From Nitrososphaeria archaeon (GTDB lineage: Archaea; Thermoproteota; Nitrososphaeria; Conexivisphaerales; DTJL01): a stretch of 64,000 nucleotides of DNA. The notes beneath the pieces were generated by a model that saw only the letters and a program-made list of their open reading frames with translations, had not been told where the DNA came from and searched no databases. Positions 19,312 to 27,943 of this stretch are shown in pieces (position 1 is the first letter of the stretch; each line of letters begins with the position of its first letter). The stretch covers positions 10,695 through 74,694 of the forward strand of contig JARVJU010000007.1 in the NCBI GenBank assembly GCA_029775965.1, read 5' to 3'. The position numbers and the translations under genes were made by a program.

Positions 19312-20491
19312 GCAAGAGGTAAAGAGACTTGAAGATTCTATGCAACTGCATACTTATCATAAGCTTCCTATAGTTCTTGAAAGAGGAGAAGGTGTTTATC
19401 TTTTTGACAAGTCTGGAAAGAGATACATGGATTTTATGTCTGCATATGGTGTAGCCATCTTAGGTCACTCAAACGTTGCAGTTATAGAAGCTGTACAGAA
19501 TCAGATGCAAAAACTGATCTCTTGCCATGGCTCAGTTTACAACGAAGCTAGGGCAAAGCTCCTTTCTAAACTAAAGCTGATATCTCCTCCAGACCTTCAG
19601 CACTTTTACCTTTGCAACAGCGGTGCAGAGGCTATAGAAGCTGCAATGAAATTTGCCAGGAAGGTAAGAAGAAAGAAAGGCTTCATAGCCTTCTCTGGTG
19701 GGTATCATGGTAAAACATTTGGTGCATTATCTGTCACTTGGGGTGAGAAATACAGAGAGCCATTTGCACCGCTGCTTGATGGTGTAGTATTCGGTAGGTA
19801 TGGAGATGTGGAACAGCTTGAAAAACTTCCTTTCGAAGAGGCTGCGGCAGTGATAGTGGAGCCGGTGCAGGGAGAATCCGGTATTAAGATGGCAAATCAA
19901 GAGTTCTTCAATACTATACAAAGTAGATGCAAAGAAACAGGATGTCTTATGATTGTTGATGAAATACAGACAGGTCTGGGAAGGACTGGAAAGATGTGGG
20001 GGCATGAACATTATGGGCTCAGGCCAGATATTATCACTGTAGCGAAGGGGATAGGTGGAGGCATTCCACTTGGAGTCACTATGGTTTCGAACAAGGTAGC
20101 TGAAGCAATAGAATTGGGAGACCATACTACAACTTTTGGTGGAAATCCCGTAGCTGCTGCAGCAGGTTGTGCTGTAATAGACTTTATTTTATCAAACAGG
20201 CTAATAGAGCATTCCAGAAGCTTGGGCAAAGTCTTCAGAGAAAGACTGGCAGAAATGAGCAACCAAAAATTGTACAAGGAGAGTAGGAATATGGGACTGA
20301 TGGCAGCTCTCGAATTGAGAATAAAATTCATGAATGTATTAGATGAAGCACTCAAGCATGGTCTGATAACTCTTTACTCTGGCCTGAATATAATTAGGAT
20401 GCTCCCTCCCCTTATAATAAGCAAGGAGCAGTTAGACGAGGGCCTTGACATACTGTTACAAGCGCTTAAAAAGACAGGGGAAAATCTGTAA
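19304..20491 (+). CDS. lysJ: [LysW]-aminoadipate semialdehyde / acetylornithine-type class III aminotransferase
   Basis: 395 aa. GYHGKT, IVDEIQTGLGRTG and pyridoxal-Lys context TVAKGIGGG. Confidence 0.9.
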   Translation: MDEQEVKRLEDSMQLHTYHKLPIVLERGEGVYLFDKSGKRYMDFMSAYGVAILGHSNVAVIEAVQNQMQKLISCHGSVYNEARAKLLSKLKLISPPDLQHFYLCNSGAEAIEAAMKFARKVRRKKGFIAFSGGYHGKTFGALSVTWGEKYREPFAPLLDGVVFGRYGDVEQLEKLPFEEAAAVIVEPVQGESGIKMANQEFFNTIQSRCKETGCLMIVDEIQTGLGRTGKMWGHEHYGLRPDIITVAKGIGGGIPLGVTMVSNKVAEAIELGDHTTTFGGNPVAAAAGCAVIDFILSNRLIEHSRSLGKVFRERLAEMSNQKLYKESRNMGLMAALELRIKFMNVLDEALKHGLITLYSGLNIIRMLPPLIISKEQLDEGLDILLQALKKTGENL

Positions 20492-21579
20492 TGAATTCCG
20501 AGCAAAAGGATGAGGCAAAAAGACTATTGCTAAATATGTTATCCATACAATCCTATTCTGGCAGAGAAGGTGAGCTTGCAAGTTACATAAGGGACTGGAT
20601 GGAATCACATGGCTATTCCAACGTAGCTATCGATGAGGTTGGTAATGTGTCAGGAGAGTTTGGCACTGGTAAAGAGTGTATCATCTTAATAGGTCATATG
20701 GATACTGTTCCCAGTTTTTTTCCTGTAAAAGACGAAGGGAAGAAATTATTCGGGAGGGGGGCTTGTGATGCAAAAGGTCCTTTAGCTGCTATGCTGATGG
20801 CTCCATATGTTTCTGATAATCCTTCAAACTTCAGGATAAAGGTACTTGCATGTGTGGGAGAAGAATCTGATGGTAGAGGGATAAAGCATGCGATTGCTAA
20901 AGGAATAAAAGCTCAGTATGCAATATTCGGTGAGCCGTCAGGCCATTCAAGCATTGTGATAGGATATAGGGGAAGAATTCAGGCGTCTGTAGAATTCTTA
21001 ACCAATAGCTTCCATGCAAGTTCTCCTTGGATGGGGAAGAGCGCTCTAGATGAAGCTATAGAATTTATACAAAGGGTAAGGCAGTTGGATACATCTAACA
21101 GCAATAATGAAAAGTTTAATTCCAGCTCCCTGTGTGTCACAAGATTACAATCTGGAGACGCTTCAAACGTAGCACCATCTAAAGCATCGTTGACAATTGA
21201 TATAAGAATTCCACCAGGAGCTGACACTAAAAAGATAATCAACTTTTTAGAAGAAACTGCCAGAACGATTAATGAAGAAAGCAGAGTCAGTATAGATGAT
21301 ATGATCTATGGAGTTGAAGTAAATCAAAATGCTGAACTTGTAAGAGCGTTAAGAAGAGCGATCTACAAGTCATCTGGCTCAGTTGCAAAATGCATAAGAA
21401 AGACAGGCTCTGGCGATATGAATCATCTGCTTTATGGCACATCAATACAAGCAGTAACGTATGGTCCAGGCGATTCACGTTTGAGTCACACCAAAAATGA
21501 GTGCATTGACTTGCTTGACTATTATTACAGTATAGAAATACTATCAATTCTGCCAGATGAATTGAGCAAAGTAATATAA
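20491..21579 (+). CDS. lysK: [LysW]-lysine/ornithine hydrolase (M20 peptidase, ArgE/LysK)
   Basis: GHMDTV, GRGACDAKG, EESDG metal-ligand motifs of M20 deacylases. TAATG overlap with lysJ. Confidence 0.8.
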   Translation: MNSEQKDEAKRLLLNMLSIQSYSGREGELASYIRDWMESHGYSNVAIDEVGNVSGEFGTGKECIILIGHMDTVPSFFPVKDEGKKLFGRGACDAKGPLAAMLMAPYVSDNPSNFRIKVLACVGEESDGRGIKHAIAKGIKAQYAIFGEPSGHSSIVIGYRGRIQASVEFLTNSFHASSPWMGKSALDEAIEFIQRVRQLDTSNSNNEKFNSSSLCVTRLQSGDASNVAPSKASLTIDIRIPPGADTKKIINFLEETARTINEESRVSIDDMIYGVEVNQNAELVRALRRAIYKSSGSVAKCIRKTGSGDMNHLLYGTSIQAVTYGPGDSRLSHTKNECIDLLDYYYSIEILSILPDELSKVI

Positions 21580-21627
21580 CATAGCCGCGGAAAAGGAAAT
21601 ATACATCCAAAAAACTGCCCTGTTCAG

Positions 21628-21716
21628 GCCGCGGTAGCTCAGCCTGGGAGAGAGCGCAGGCCTCTAACAATCGGCTGAAGACCGATGTGTCGCAGGTTCA
21701 ACTCCTGCCCGCGGCA
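21628..21716 (+). tRNA. tRNA-Phe(GAA) with a 13-nt non-canonical intron in the 3' D-stem (about 21655..21667)
   Basis: Acceptor GCCGCGG/CCGCGGC plus A73. Anticodon arm ATCGG CTGAAGA CCGAT. T-arm GCAGG TTCAACT CCTGC. BHB-like motif: helix AGAG/CTCT, bulges AGC and AAC. Mature length 76 nt. Confidence 0.88.
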
Positions 21717-21799
21717 TACAATTTACAGCAAAAAGCAAAAGTTGAAAATATGTTCATAGCATGCATTGCTGACTAACTTTAAGTATATCCATCTCAGCC

Positions 21800-22363
21800 A
21801 TGTTGGATGTCAAGTTGTCTTACGTCCCCACAAAAGTCTTTCTTACCAAGGGAGTCGGGGTGCATAAAGATAGGCTGGCCAGTTTTGAACTAGCCCTAAG
21901 AGATGCAGGGATAGCTCATTGCAACCTAGTAACTGTGTCCAGCATCTTCCCTCCCAGGGCAAAGCTTATACCAAGAAAGCAGGGAATTCAGCTCCTCAGA
22001 CCAGGGCAGATAGTTCACGTCGTTCTGAGTAGATTGGATACAGATGAGCCAAATAGGCTGATAGCAGCTTCAGTAGGTGTTGCAATACCCAAGGATAAGA
22101 ATGCTTATGGCTATCTATCAGAGCTGCATGCATATGGTGTAACTGATGAAAAGCTTGGAGAGCATGCAGAGGATGTTGCTGCATACATGCTTGCTTCTAC
22201 AATGGGTCTTGACTTTGACCCGGATAAGAGCTGGAATGCTCAGCGCCAAGAATGGAAGATCTCCGGTAAAATATACAAGACTATGAATGTAACACAGTCA
22301 GCAGAAGGAAATAAAGATGGTCTATGGAGCTCTGTAGTTGCTGCAGCCGTTCTGCTCCACTGA
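21800..22363 (+). CDS. pdaD: Pyruvoyl-dependent arginine decarboxylase
   Basis: 187 aa with the LVTVSSIFPP self-cleavage Ser-Ser site and PdaD-like length and architecture. Confidence 0.8.
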   Translation: MLDVKLSYVPTKVFLTKGVGVHKDRLASFELALRDAGIAHCNLVTVSSIFPPRAKLIPRKQGIQLLRPGQIVHVVLSRLDTDEPNRLIAASVGVAIPKDKNAYGYLSELHAYGVTDEKLGEHAEDVAAYMLASTMGLDFDPDKSWNAQRQEWKISGKIYKTMNVTQSAEGNKDGLWSSVVAAAVLLH

Positions 22364-22370
22364 ACCTGTG

Positions 22371-23738
22371 ATGCTGTTGCAGAGAAGATTATTCGGCACC
22401 TCTGGAATCAGAGGTCTGGTGAATAAACAACTCACACCTGAGCTCGCATGTAGAATTTCTCTTATCTTTGCACACATGCTAGGGAATGAGGGTGAGATAG
22501 CTGTTGCAAGAGATATAAGAAATCAGTCAGAGTTGATAATGCATTCTGTTATATCAGGGATAGTAGCTGGTGGGATGACGGTGCTGGATCTTGGAATACT
22601 ACCAACACCAGCTCTTCTGCATTTTGTTAGGGATTACAAGCTTAAAGGAGGAGTAATGGTAACAGGAAGCCACAGTCTTCCTGCTATAACAGGTCTCCTT
22701 TTCTTCAAAGGGGATGGAGGGGAGATTGATGAGAATGATGAAGAATTGATGGAGAAGAATTATTTTTTACACAGATTTACAAGGATGCCCTTTAACAGAC
22801 TTGGCAAGGTCCAGAAAGAAGATGCTCTATCTTACTATATACACAAAATGAGCAGTCTGAATTTTAGAGGGATAGATTCCTTCAGAGTTGTTCTTGATCC
22901 AGGTAATGGTTCAATGTCTTCAGTAGCTAGGGGTATAGTTGAAAGCTATGGAGTGAGAATTCATGCAATAAACGATACATACGACCCTATGTTCAAAGCC
23001 AGGTCACCCTATCCAAGAAGAGATAACCTTCAATCATTGGCAAGAGAAGTGAAGAATACAGGTTCTGATCTGGGAGTGGCTTCTGATGGAGATGGTGATA
23101 GAGCCATATTTTCAACCGCTACAGGTAGTATACTCTGGGGTGACATAACCGGCTCTCTTTTTGCAGACAAGGAGCTGCAAAAGAGGAATGGAAGCATAGT
23201 AGCACCTATTAATTCATCAAGGCTGATAGAGTACATTTGTGCAAAGAGAAATGCCAGACTCATATCTACAAAGGTAGGTCCACCTGCTATCGTATCAGCA
23301 TTGAGGGAGCATAAAGATGCAGTATTCGCTTTTGAAGAAACAGGAAAGAATATCTGGCCTGGCTTCCTCCTTTACGGTGATTATGTGTACAGTACGCTTA
23401 TGATGTTATCAATACTGAGAGAAGGAAGCTTGGAGCAATTAACAAGATTATACCCAAGGTTTTATCTTGAGAAAAGGATGGTCAGGTGCACAGAAGAGAA
23501 GAAGATGCAAGTGATGCAAAGAATAAAGGGGATGATAGAGCAGGAATTCGAGCCTAGCGAAGTAATAACACTAGATGGAATAAAGGCCTATATGAATGAT
23601 GGGTCTTGGCTCTTGATAAGACCTAGCGGTACAGAACCTTTTATCAGGTGCTATAGCGAAGCAAAGAGCAGAATATTATCTGTAAGACTTGCTAGGAAGG
23701 GTTTGGAAATTCTTAAAAAAGCCATAGCTTCAGCTTGA
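22371..23738 (+). CDS. Phosphohexomutase (phosphoglucomutase / phosphomannomutase / GlmM family)
   Basis: FGTSGIRG N-terminus, active-site loop MVTGSHS (variant of TASHNP), metal loop ASDGDGDR, C-terminal RPSGTEP. Confidence 0.8.
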   Translation: MLLQRRLFGTSGIRGLVNKQLTPELACRISLIFAHMLGNEGEIAVARDIRNQSELIMHSVISGIVAGGMTVLDLGILPTPALLHFVRDYKLKGGVMVTGSHSLPAITGLLFFKGDGGEIDENDEELMEKNYFLHRFTRMPFNRLGKVQKEDALSYYIHKMSSLNFRGIDSFRVVLDPGNGSMSSVARGIVESYGVRIHAINDTYDPMFKARSPYPRRDNLQSLAREVKNTGSDLGVASDGDGDRAIFSTATGSILWGDITGSLFADKELQKRNGSIVAPINSSRLIEYICAKRNARLISTKVGPPAIVSALREHKDAVFAFEETGKNIWPGFLLYGDYVYSTLMMLSILREGSLEQLTRLYPRFYLEKRMVRCTEEKKMQVMQRIKGMIEQEFEPSEVITLDGIKAYMNDGSWLLIRPSGTEPFIRCYSEAKSRILSVRLARKGLEILKKAIASA

Positions 23739-24728
23739 TACAGAACTTATACCATCCATGATTATTCTGTACAGAGAAGGGGAGCTTTGTGATAATCTCT
23801 CCAAGGTTGGGGGAAGAAGGCCTATTCTCCTTGCCCTCCTTATGTTATAAAGTATCAGTCTATCTGCTCTACCTTCCTTCCATCCCACCTTATCTACGTA
23901 CCTTTTTATCACATCAAACGCTTCTTCATCAGACATACGCTTTACGTTAACAAGGTATGGAGGAAGGATAAGCCATAGTATTCTATGCCTTCCATCCTGT
24001 ATGTTAGCCTGAAGAATCTTTTCTATGTACTCGTATTTACTGCTTGGCAAAGTTCTAGGCCTGGGTATCTTTGCTTGTATCTCCTCTAAAACAGGCTTTA
24101 TGGCTGCAGGTATGTTACTTGGATACGGCATCTTTCTCAGCTTTTGCAGTATAAGAACAGAGAACTGATCATGCACTAGCTCCATCACCTTTTCTCTTGT
24201 CAGGAATATTTTTCCTCTGTAGAGCAGGTTATCTATCAGGGAAAACTTCGGGTTATCAATCTGTTGAAGGTCTGAAGCCACCTTCAGATATTTAGCTAGA
24301 GGGGCCTGGTATTTTATCTTCATCCTTTCCTGTTCTGTTGCCTGCCATGGAAGTTTGTCTACAATTTCAAGCTGCATGTCAAAGAGCTCATTTATTATTT
24401 TACAAACTACAGCATCATCTTCACTCTTGAACGCTTCTCTTGCCCTTTTACCTTCTGCTCTTGAGAAGACTCTTTCAAGGAATGCACTATGACATGACTT
24501 CACCATAATCATCGCAACAAAGAAGCTGAGTACCTCTGCATCCAGGTCTGAAAGATTAACATCAATTGGTTTGTTAATTAACGCAAGCATGACTCTTTCT
24601 TTTGCTCTTTGCAAAACCTTTGGTGTCATAACCTCCTCTGCAGACAGCCCAGATTCCCTCAGGTATGCATCTGCTGCAGATGCAAAGGGATATCTCGCAA
24701 GTTCATAGAGGCTCGCCAAAGGGAGCAC
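23730..24728 (-). CDS. priL: DNA primase large subunit PriL-like protein (cysteine-poor C-terminal domain)
   Basis: 332 aa. N-terminal ARYPF motif. The C-terminal block GRHRILWLILPPYLVNV...LILYNIRRARRIGLLPP resembles the PriL-CTD pattern, but only 2 Cys are present in the whole protein. Confidence 0.55.
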   Translation of the reverse strand: MLPLASLYELARYPFASAADAYLRESGLSAEEVMTPKVLQRAKERVMLALINKPIDVNLSDLDAEVLSFFVAMIMVKSCHSAFLERVFSRAEGKRAREAFKSEDDAVVCKIINELFDMQLEIVDKLPWQATEQERMKIKYQAPLAKYLKVASDLQQIDNPKFSLIDNLLYRGKIFLTREKVMELVHDQFSVLILQKLRKMPYPSNIPAAIKPVLEEIQAKIPRPRTLPSSKYEYIEKILQANIQDGRHRILWLILPPYLVNVKRMSDEEAFDVIKRYVDKVGWKEGRADRLILYNIRRARRIGLLPPTLERLSQSSPSLYRIIMDGISSVSS

Positions 24729-24783
24729 CCATTATATTCAGTATCCTAAGGTATAAAAGGTAATCCAGAATAAGAGTGCTAGA

Positions 24784-25641
24784 ATGGAGAGAAGAATATT
24801 TGGAAGAAGTAATGAATCAGTATCAGTCATAGGTGTTGGAACTTATTATGATACTATAGATACGTCAGGAGAGAAAAAGGTATCTGAAGTAGCTAGCAAG
24901 GAAGAAAAGATAGAAGGAATAAAGAGGGCAGTTGAGCTTGGTATAAACCTGATAGATACTGCTGAGTCATACACAACAGAGCCTCTGGTTAGAGAGGCAG
25001 TTAAAGATTTTAAAAGGGATGATTTGTTCATAGCCACAAAGGTGTGGCCTAATCATCTCAGGTATGATGATGTCATAAAGGCAGCAAGAAGAAGCCTTGA
25101 AAGGCTTTCATGTAGATATATAGACCTGTATCAGATTCACTGGCCAAATCCAAAGGTGCCGATAAAGGAAACAATGAGGGCAATGGAGAAGCTTGTGAGC
25201 GATGGTATAATCAGGTATATAGGTGTAAGCAACTTTTCTCTCGAAGAGCTGAAGGAAGCTAGAGAAGCGCTAACGAAGAGCGAGATAATATCCAATCAGC
25301 TGGAATACAGTCTGCAGGAGAGGTCCATAGAGAAAGAGATGCTTCCCTATACTCAGGCAGAGAATATAGCTGTTTTAGCATACAGACCTATTGGGCATGG
25401 CAAGCTGGCAAACCCATCAGGAAAGCTGGGCTCATGCATAGAGAAGATGGCAGAGAAGTATGGTAAGACAAACGCTCAGATAGCTATAAACTGGCTTCTC
25501 AACAAAAGTAACCTTGTCTTCCCCATACCAAGGGTATCCAGCGCAAAAAGGGCAGAAGAAAATGCAGGAGCTGTGGGCTGGTATCTTAGTTATGATGATG
25601 TGCGTTTCCTTGATAAGTGCAGCAAGGAAGGATTTATTTGA
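24784..25641 (+). CDS. Aldo/keto reductase
   Basis: IDTAESY, LYQIHWPN, IRYIGVSNF motifs. Confidence 0.85.
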   Translation: MERRIFGRSNESVSVIGVGTYYDTIDTSGEKKVSEVASKEEKIEGIKRAVELGINLIDTAESYTTEPLVREAVKDFKRDDLFIATKVWPNHLRYDDVIKAARRSLERLSCRYIDLYQIHWPNPKVPIKETMRAMEKLVSDGIIRYIGVSNFSLEELKEAREALTKSEIISNQLEYSLQERSIEKEMLPYTQAENIAVLAYRPIGHGKLANPSGKLGSCIEKMAEKYGKTNAQIAINWLLNKSNLVFPIPRVSSAKRAEENAGAVGWYLSYDDVRFLDKCSKEGFI

Positions 25642-25663
25642 TAGGATCATATGGCCTTGACAA

Positions 25664-26665
25664 ATGCCAAAATTCATTCTGATTTCTCACAGGAAAGACT
25701 TGGACGGTATATCTTCTGCAGCTCTTGGTGTCAGGTATGCTGCAAAGCATATGGTATCGCCATTCTACCTTGCGCTGAAAGACTATTCTGATGAGATGCA
25801 GATAATAGAAGACAGAATTTTGGGGATAGAAAACTGCGAGGTGCTCATATCTGACTTGGCTACAGACCAGAAATTCATAGACTCAATATTTTCCAGGCTG
25901 AGCATCATAAAGAGCAATAAGAATAAAGTGACATGGATGGACCATCATCCTACAAAGGATTTCATAAAAGAGAAGCTTGCATCCATAATAGATGTACTTG
26001 ACCTCAGGCCTAGTGACACAACAGGCTCCCAGATAGTCTATGACAGAATATATGCTAAGAACGGCATAAAGGATGAGCACGCAGAAATGCTTGCAAGGCT
26101 TGGCAGGGACTCAGACCTCATGGAGTTGAAGTATGATATAACACCGAAGCTTGTTTCACTCATAGACTATTATAACTACATCGACTCTGATACAATACTT
26201 TACCCCAACCTTGTACAGTTGACACTTAGCCTGGCTTTTCCGAAGGTTGAAGCGGAAGAGGATAGACTTCTTGAAGAGCACCATCTAAAGCAGATAGAAT
26301 TCTATGAATCGTTAAAACTATCAGAAAAAGATAAGGTTCTGGGGAATGTAGAAAGGGTTAAGGTAGGTAGCTATACCTTTGCCATATTCAGTTACCCCAA
26401 CCTTATATCAGGCACACAAATCTCAAATTATGTCCTTGAAGCAAATGATGTAGATGCATCAATAGGTTTTAACGAAAAAGGCACTGGGAGCGTAAGAAGG
26501 AATAATGATAACATCAGCTGCAGAAGCATAGCTGCAATGCTAGGAGGAGGAGGGCACGAATTCGCAGCCGGGTTCAACCTGGGCTTTGAAATAAAGTCAG
26601 ATGAAGACGCTAAAAGAGCTAGAGCTACAATCAAAGAAGCCTTGAAAAAGGTATATGGTAGTTAA
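25664..26665 (+). CDS. DHH/DHHA1 family phosphoesterase (NrnA-like)
   Basis: SHRKDLDGISSA (DHH motifs I-II), MDHHP (DHH) and GGGHEFAAGF (DHHA1 GGGH). Confidence 0.75.
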   Translation: MPKFILISHRKDLDGISSAALGVRYAAKHMVSPFYLALKDYSDEMQIIEDRILGIENCEVLISDLATDQKFIDSIFSRLSIIKSNKNKVTWMDHHPTKDFIKEKLASIIDVLDLRPSDTTGSQIVYDRIYAKNGIKDEHAEMLARLGRDSDLMELKYDITPKLVSLIDYYNYIDSDTILYPNLVQLTLSLAFPKVEAEEDRLLEEHHLKQIEFYESLKLSEKDKVLGNVERVKVGSYTFAIFSYPNLISGTQISNYVLEANDVDASIGFNEKGTGSVRRNNDNISCRSIAAMLGGGGHEFAAGFNLGFEIKSDEDAKRARATIKEALKKVYGS

Positions 26666-27342
26666 GCCTGATATTTTGTTTTGTCTTCTATGCCAGCATC
26701 TTTGAAAGCCTTCTTTCTGTTCATGCATGATTCACATCTTCCACAATGAACCTCACCAGAGAGATAGCAAGACCATGTTTCATATATTGCATCACCCATC
26801 ACATCATAAGCTCTCTTGAGCAGCTCTGCCTTACTCCAAGCTTCTACAGCAGGACTGCTTATCCATATTTTGCTTGAGGAGAACCTTCCCCTGTTTATTG
26901 CAGTCTCAAGGGAGCGAGTAAATTCTGGCGTGCAATCTGGGTATAATGGCTCAGCAACATCTGCCCTTAATGCAGCATCACTGAGATGCGCCCCATAAAT
27001 TATACCCTCAGCTTTTATACCATCTGCATACGCAGCAGCTATCATAAGAAAGACACCATTCCTCAGAGGTACCACTACATTAGGCCTATAGCTCTGCTCC
27101 ACTGATACCTTCTCATCTGTCAGCTGTGTGCCTCTCCAAACAGAAGCCAGGCTCGATATATCTACAGTAACAGGTTCAGAGAATCCAAGTCTCTTAGATA
27201 GCTTTTTCATAACACTAACTTCCTTAACACCCTTTTGACCATACGAAAATGAGATAGGATGAATCGCCTTTCCCCTTGCCTTCCATATAGCAGCGTATCC
27301 TATGCTGTCAGGTCCACCAGATACCACAGCGACAACACTCAT
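26662..27342 (-). CDS. queC: 7-cyano-7-deazaguanine synthase
   Basis: MSVVAVVSGGPDS PP-loop and C-terminal zinc cluster CYLSGEVHCGRCESCMNRKKAF. The start is moved to ATG 27342 (ATGA overlap with queT). Confidence 0.9.
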   Translation of the reverse strand: MSVVAVVSGGPDSIGYAAIWKARGKAIHPISFSYGQKGVKEVSVMKKLSKRLGFSEPVTVDISSLASVWRGTQLTDEKVSVEQSYRPNVVVPLRNGVFLMIAAAYADGIKAEGIIYGAHLSDAALRADVAEPLYPDCTPEFTRSLETAINRGRFSSSKIWISSPAVEAWSKAELLKRAYDVMGDAIYETWSCYLSGEVHCGRCESCMNRKKAFKDAGIEDKTKYQA

Positions 27343-27848
27343 TTTGCTAGTATCCTCCTGGCAGATTTGTACACTATATACCCTGCTACTGTAGTTGATA
27401 AGAATATACCTGTCAGCACATAAGCGAATGTTGCTAGCAAAGATACATGCACTACAAACGATATTAGAAAGCTTACCCATAAAGAGACTATTAATGAATA
27501 TATTGTTAGGCCTGCGAGCACACTCGTATTCCTCAGATAGTATATCGCAAGCAGACCCACAAATGCTGGTATAGAGCTGAGCATGTCAAGAGGTCCAAAG
27601 GGAGATACAACATTAGCTATCAGCACACCTACAGCTATGCCATAAACGGCTGGCAGGCCTATTATGGGTGTCAAACCTATTATTACGTTTGCTACTCTGA
27701 ACTGAATCTGCTGGAATGAAATAGGAGCAAAGGCAAGAGTTAACGCTATGTAAAGAGCAGATATAACAGCAGCCTGTGCCAAAGATCTGATATGCAACAT
27801 CAAACCTTTAGCTCTTTCTTCTTTAACTCTTTTGAGGTGAACTACCAT
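27339..27848 (-). CDS. queT: QueT-like queuosine/archaeosine-precursor transporter (ECF S-component family)
   Basis: 169 aa, about 5 TM segments. FAPISFQQIQFRVANV motif resembles QueT. Translationally coupled to queC. Confidence 0.6.
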   Translation of the reverse strand: MVVHLKRVKEERAKGLMLHIRSLAQAAVISALYIALTLAFAPISFQQIQFRVANVIIGLTPIIGLPAVYGIAVGVLIANVVSPFGPLDMLSSIPAFVGLLAIYYLRNTSVLAGLTIYSLIVSLWVSFLISFVVHVSLLATFAYVLTGIFLSTTVAGYIVYKSARRILAK

Positions 27849-27943
27849 CTTACGGACCTAGCAGAAGCCACATCCGTTTGTTTGGGGCTTCTAGCAGGTT
27901 AAACGGGGTAAGTTTTTAAAACATCAAAATATGGTTCTCGCAG

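Noticed and set aside
21657-21669. Apparent anticodon loop CTCTAAC (CUA, amber-suppressor-like) following CAGGC in the tRNA at 21628-21716
   Set aside because: There is no complementary 3' stem strand (GCCTG) for it. A perfect ATCGG/CCGAT stem with a CTGAAGA loop follows, giving tRNA-Phe. The CUA-like segment is intron sequence.
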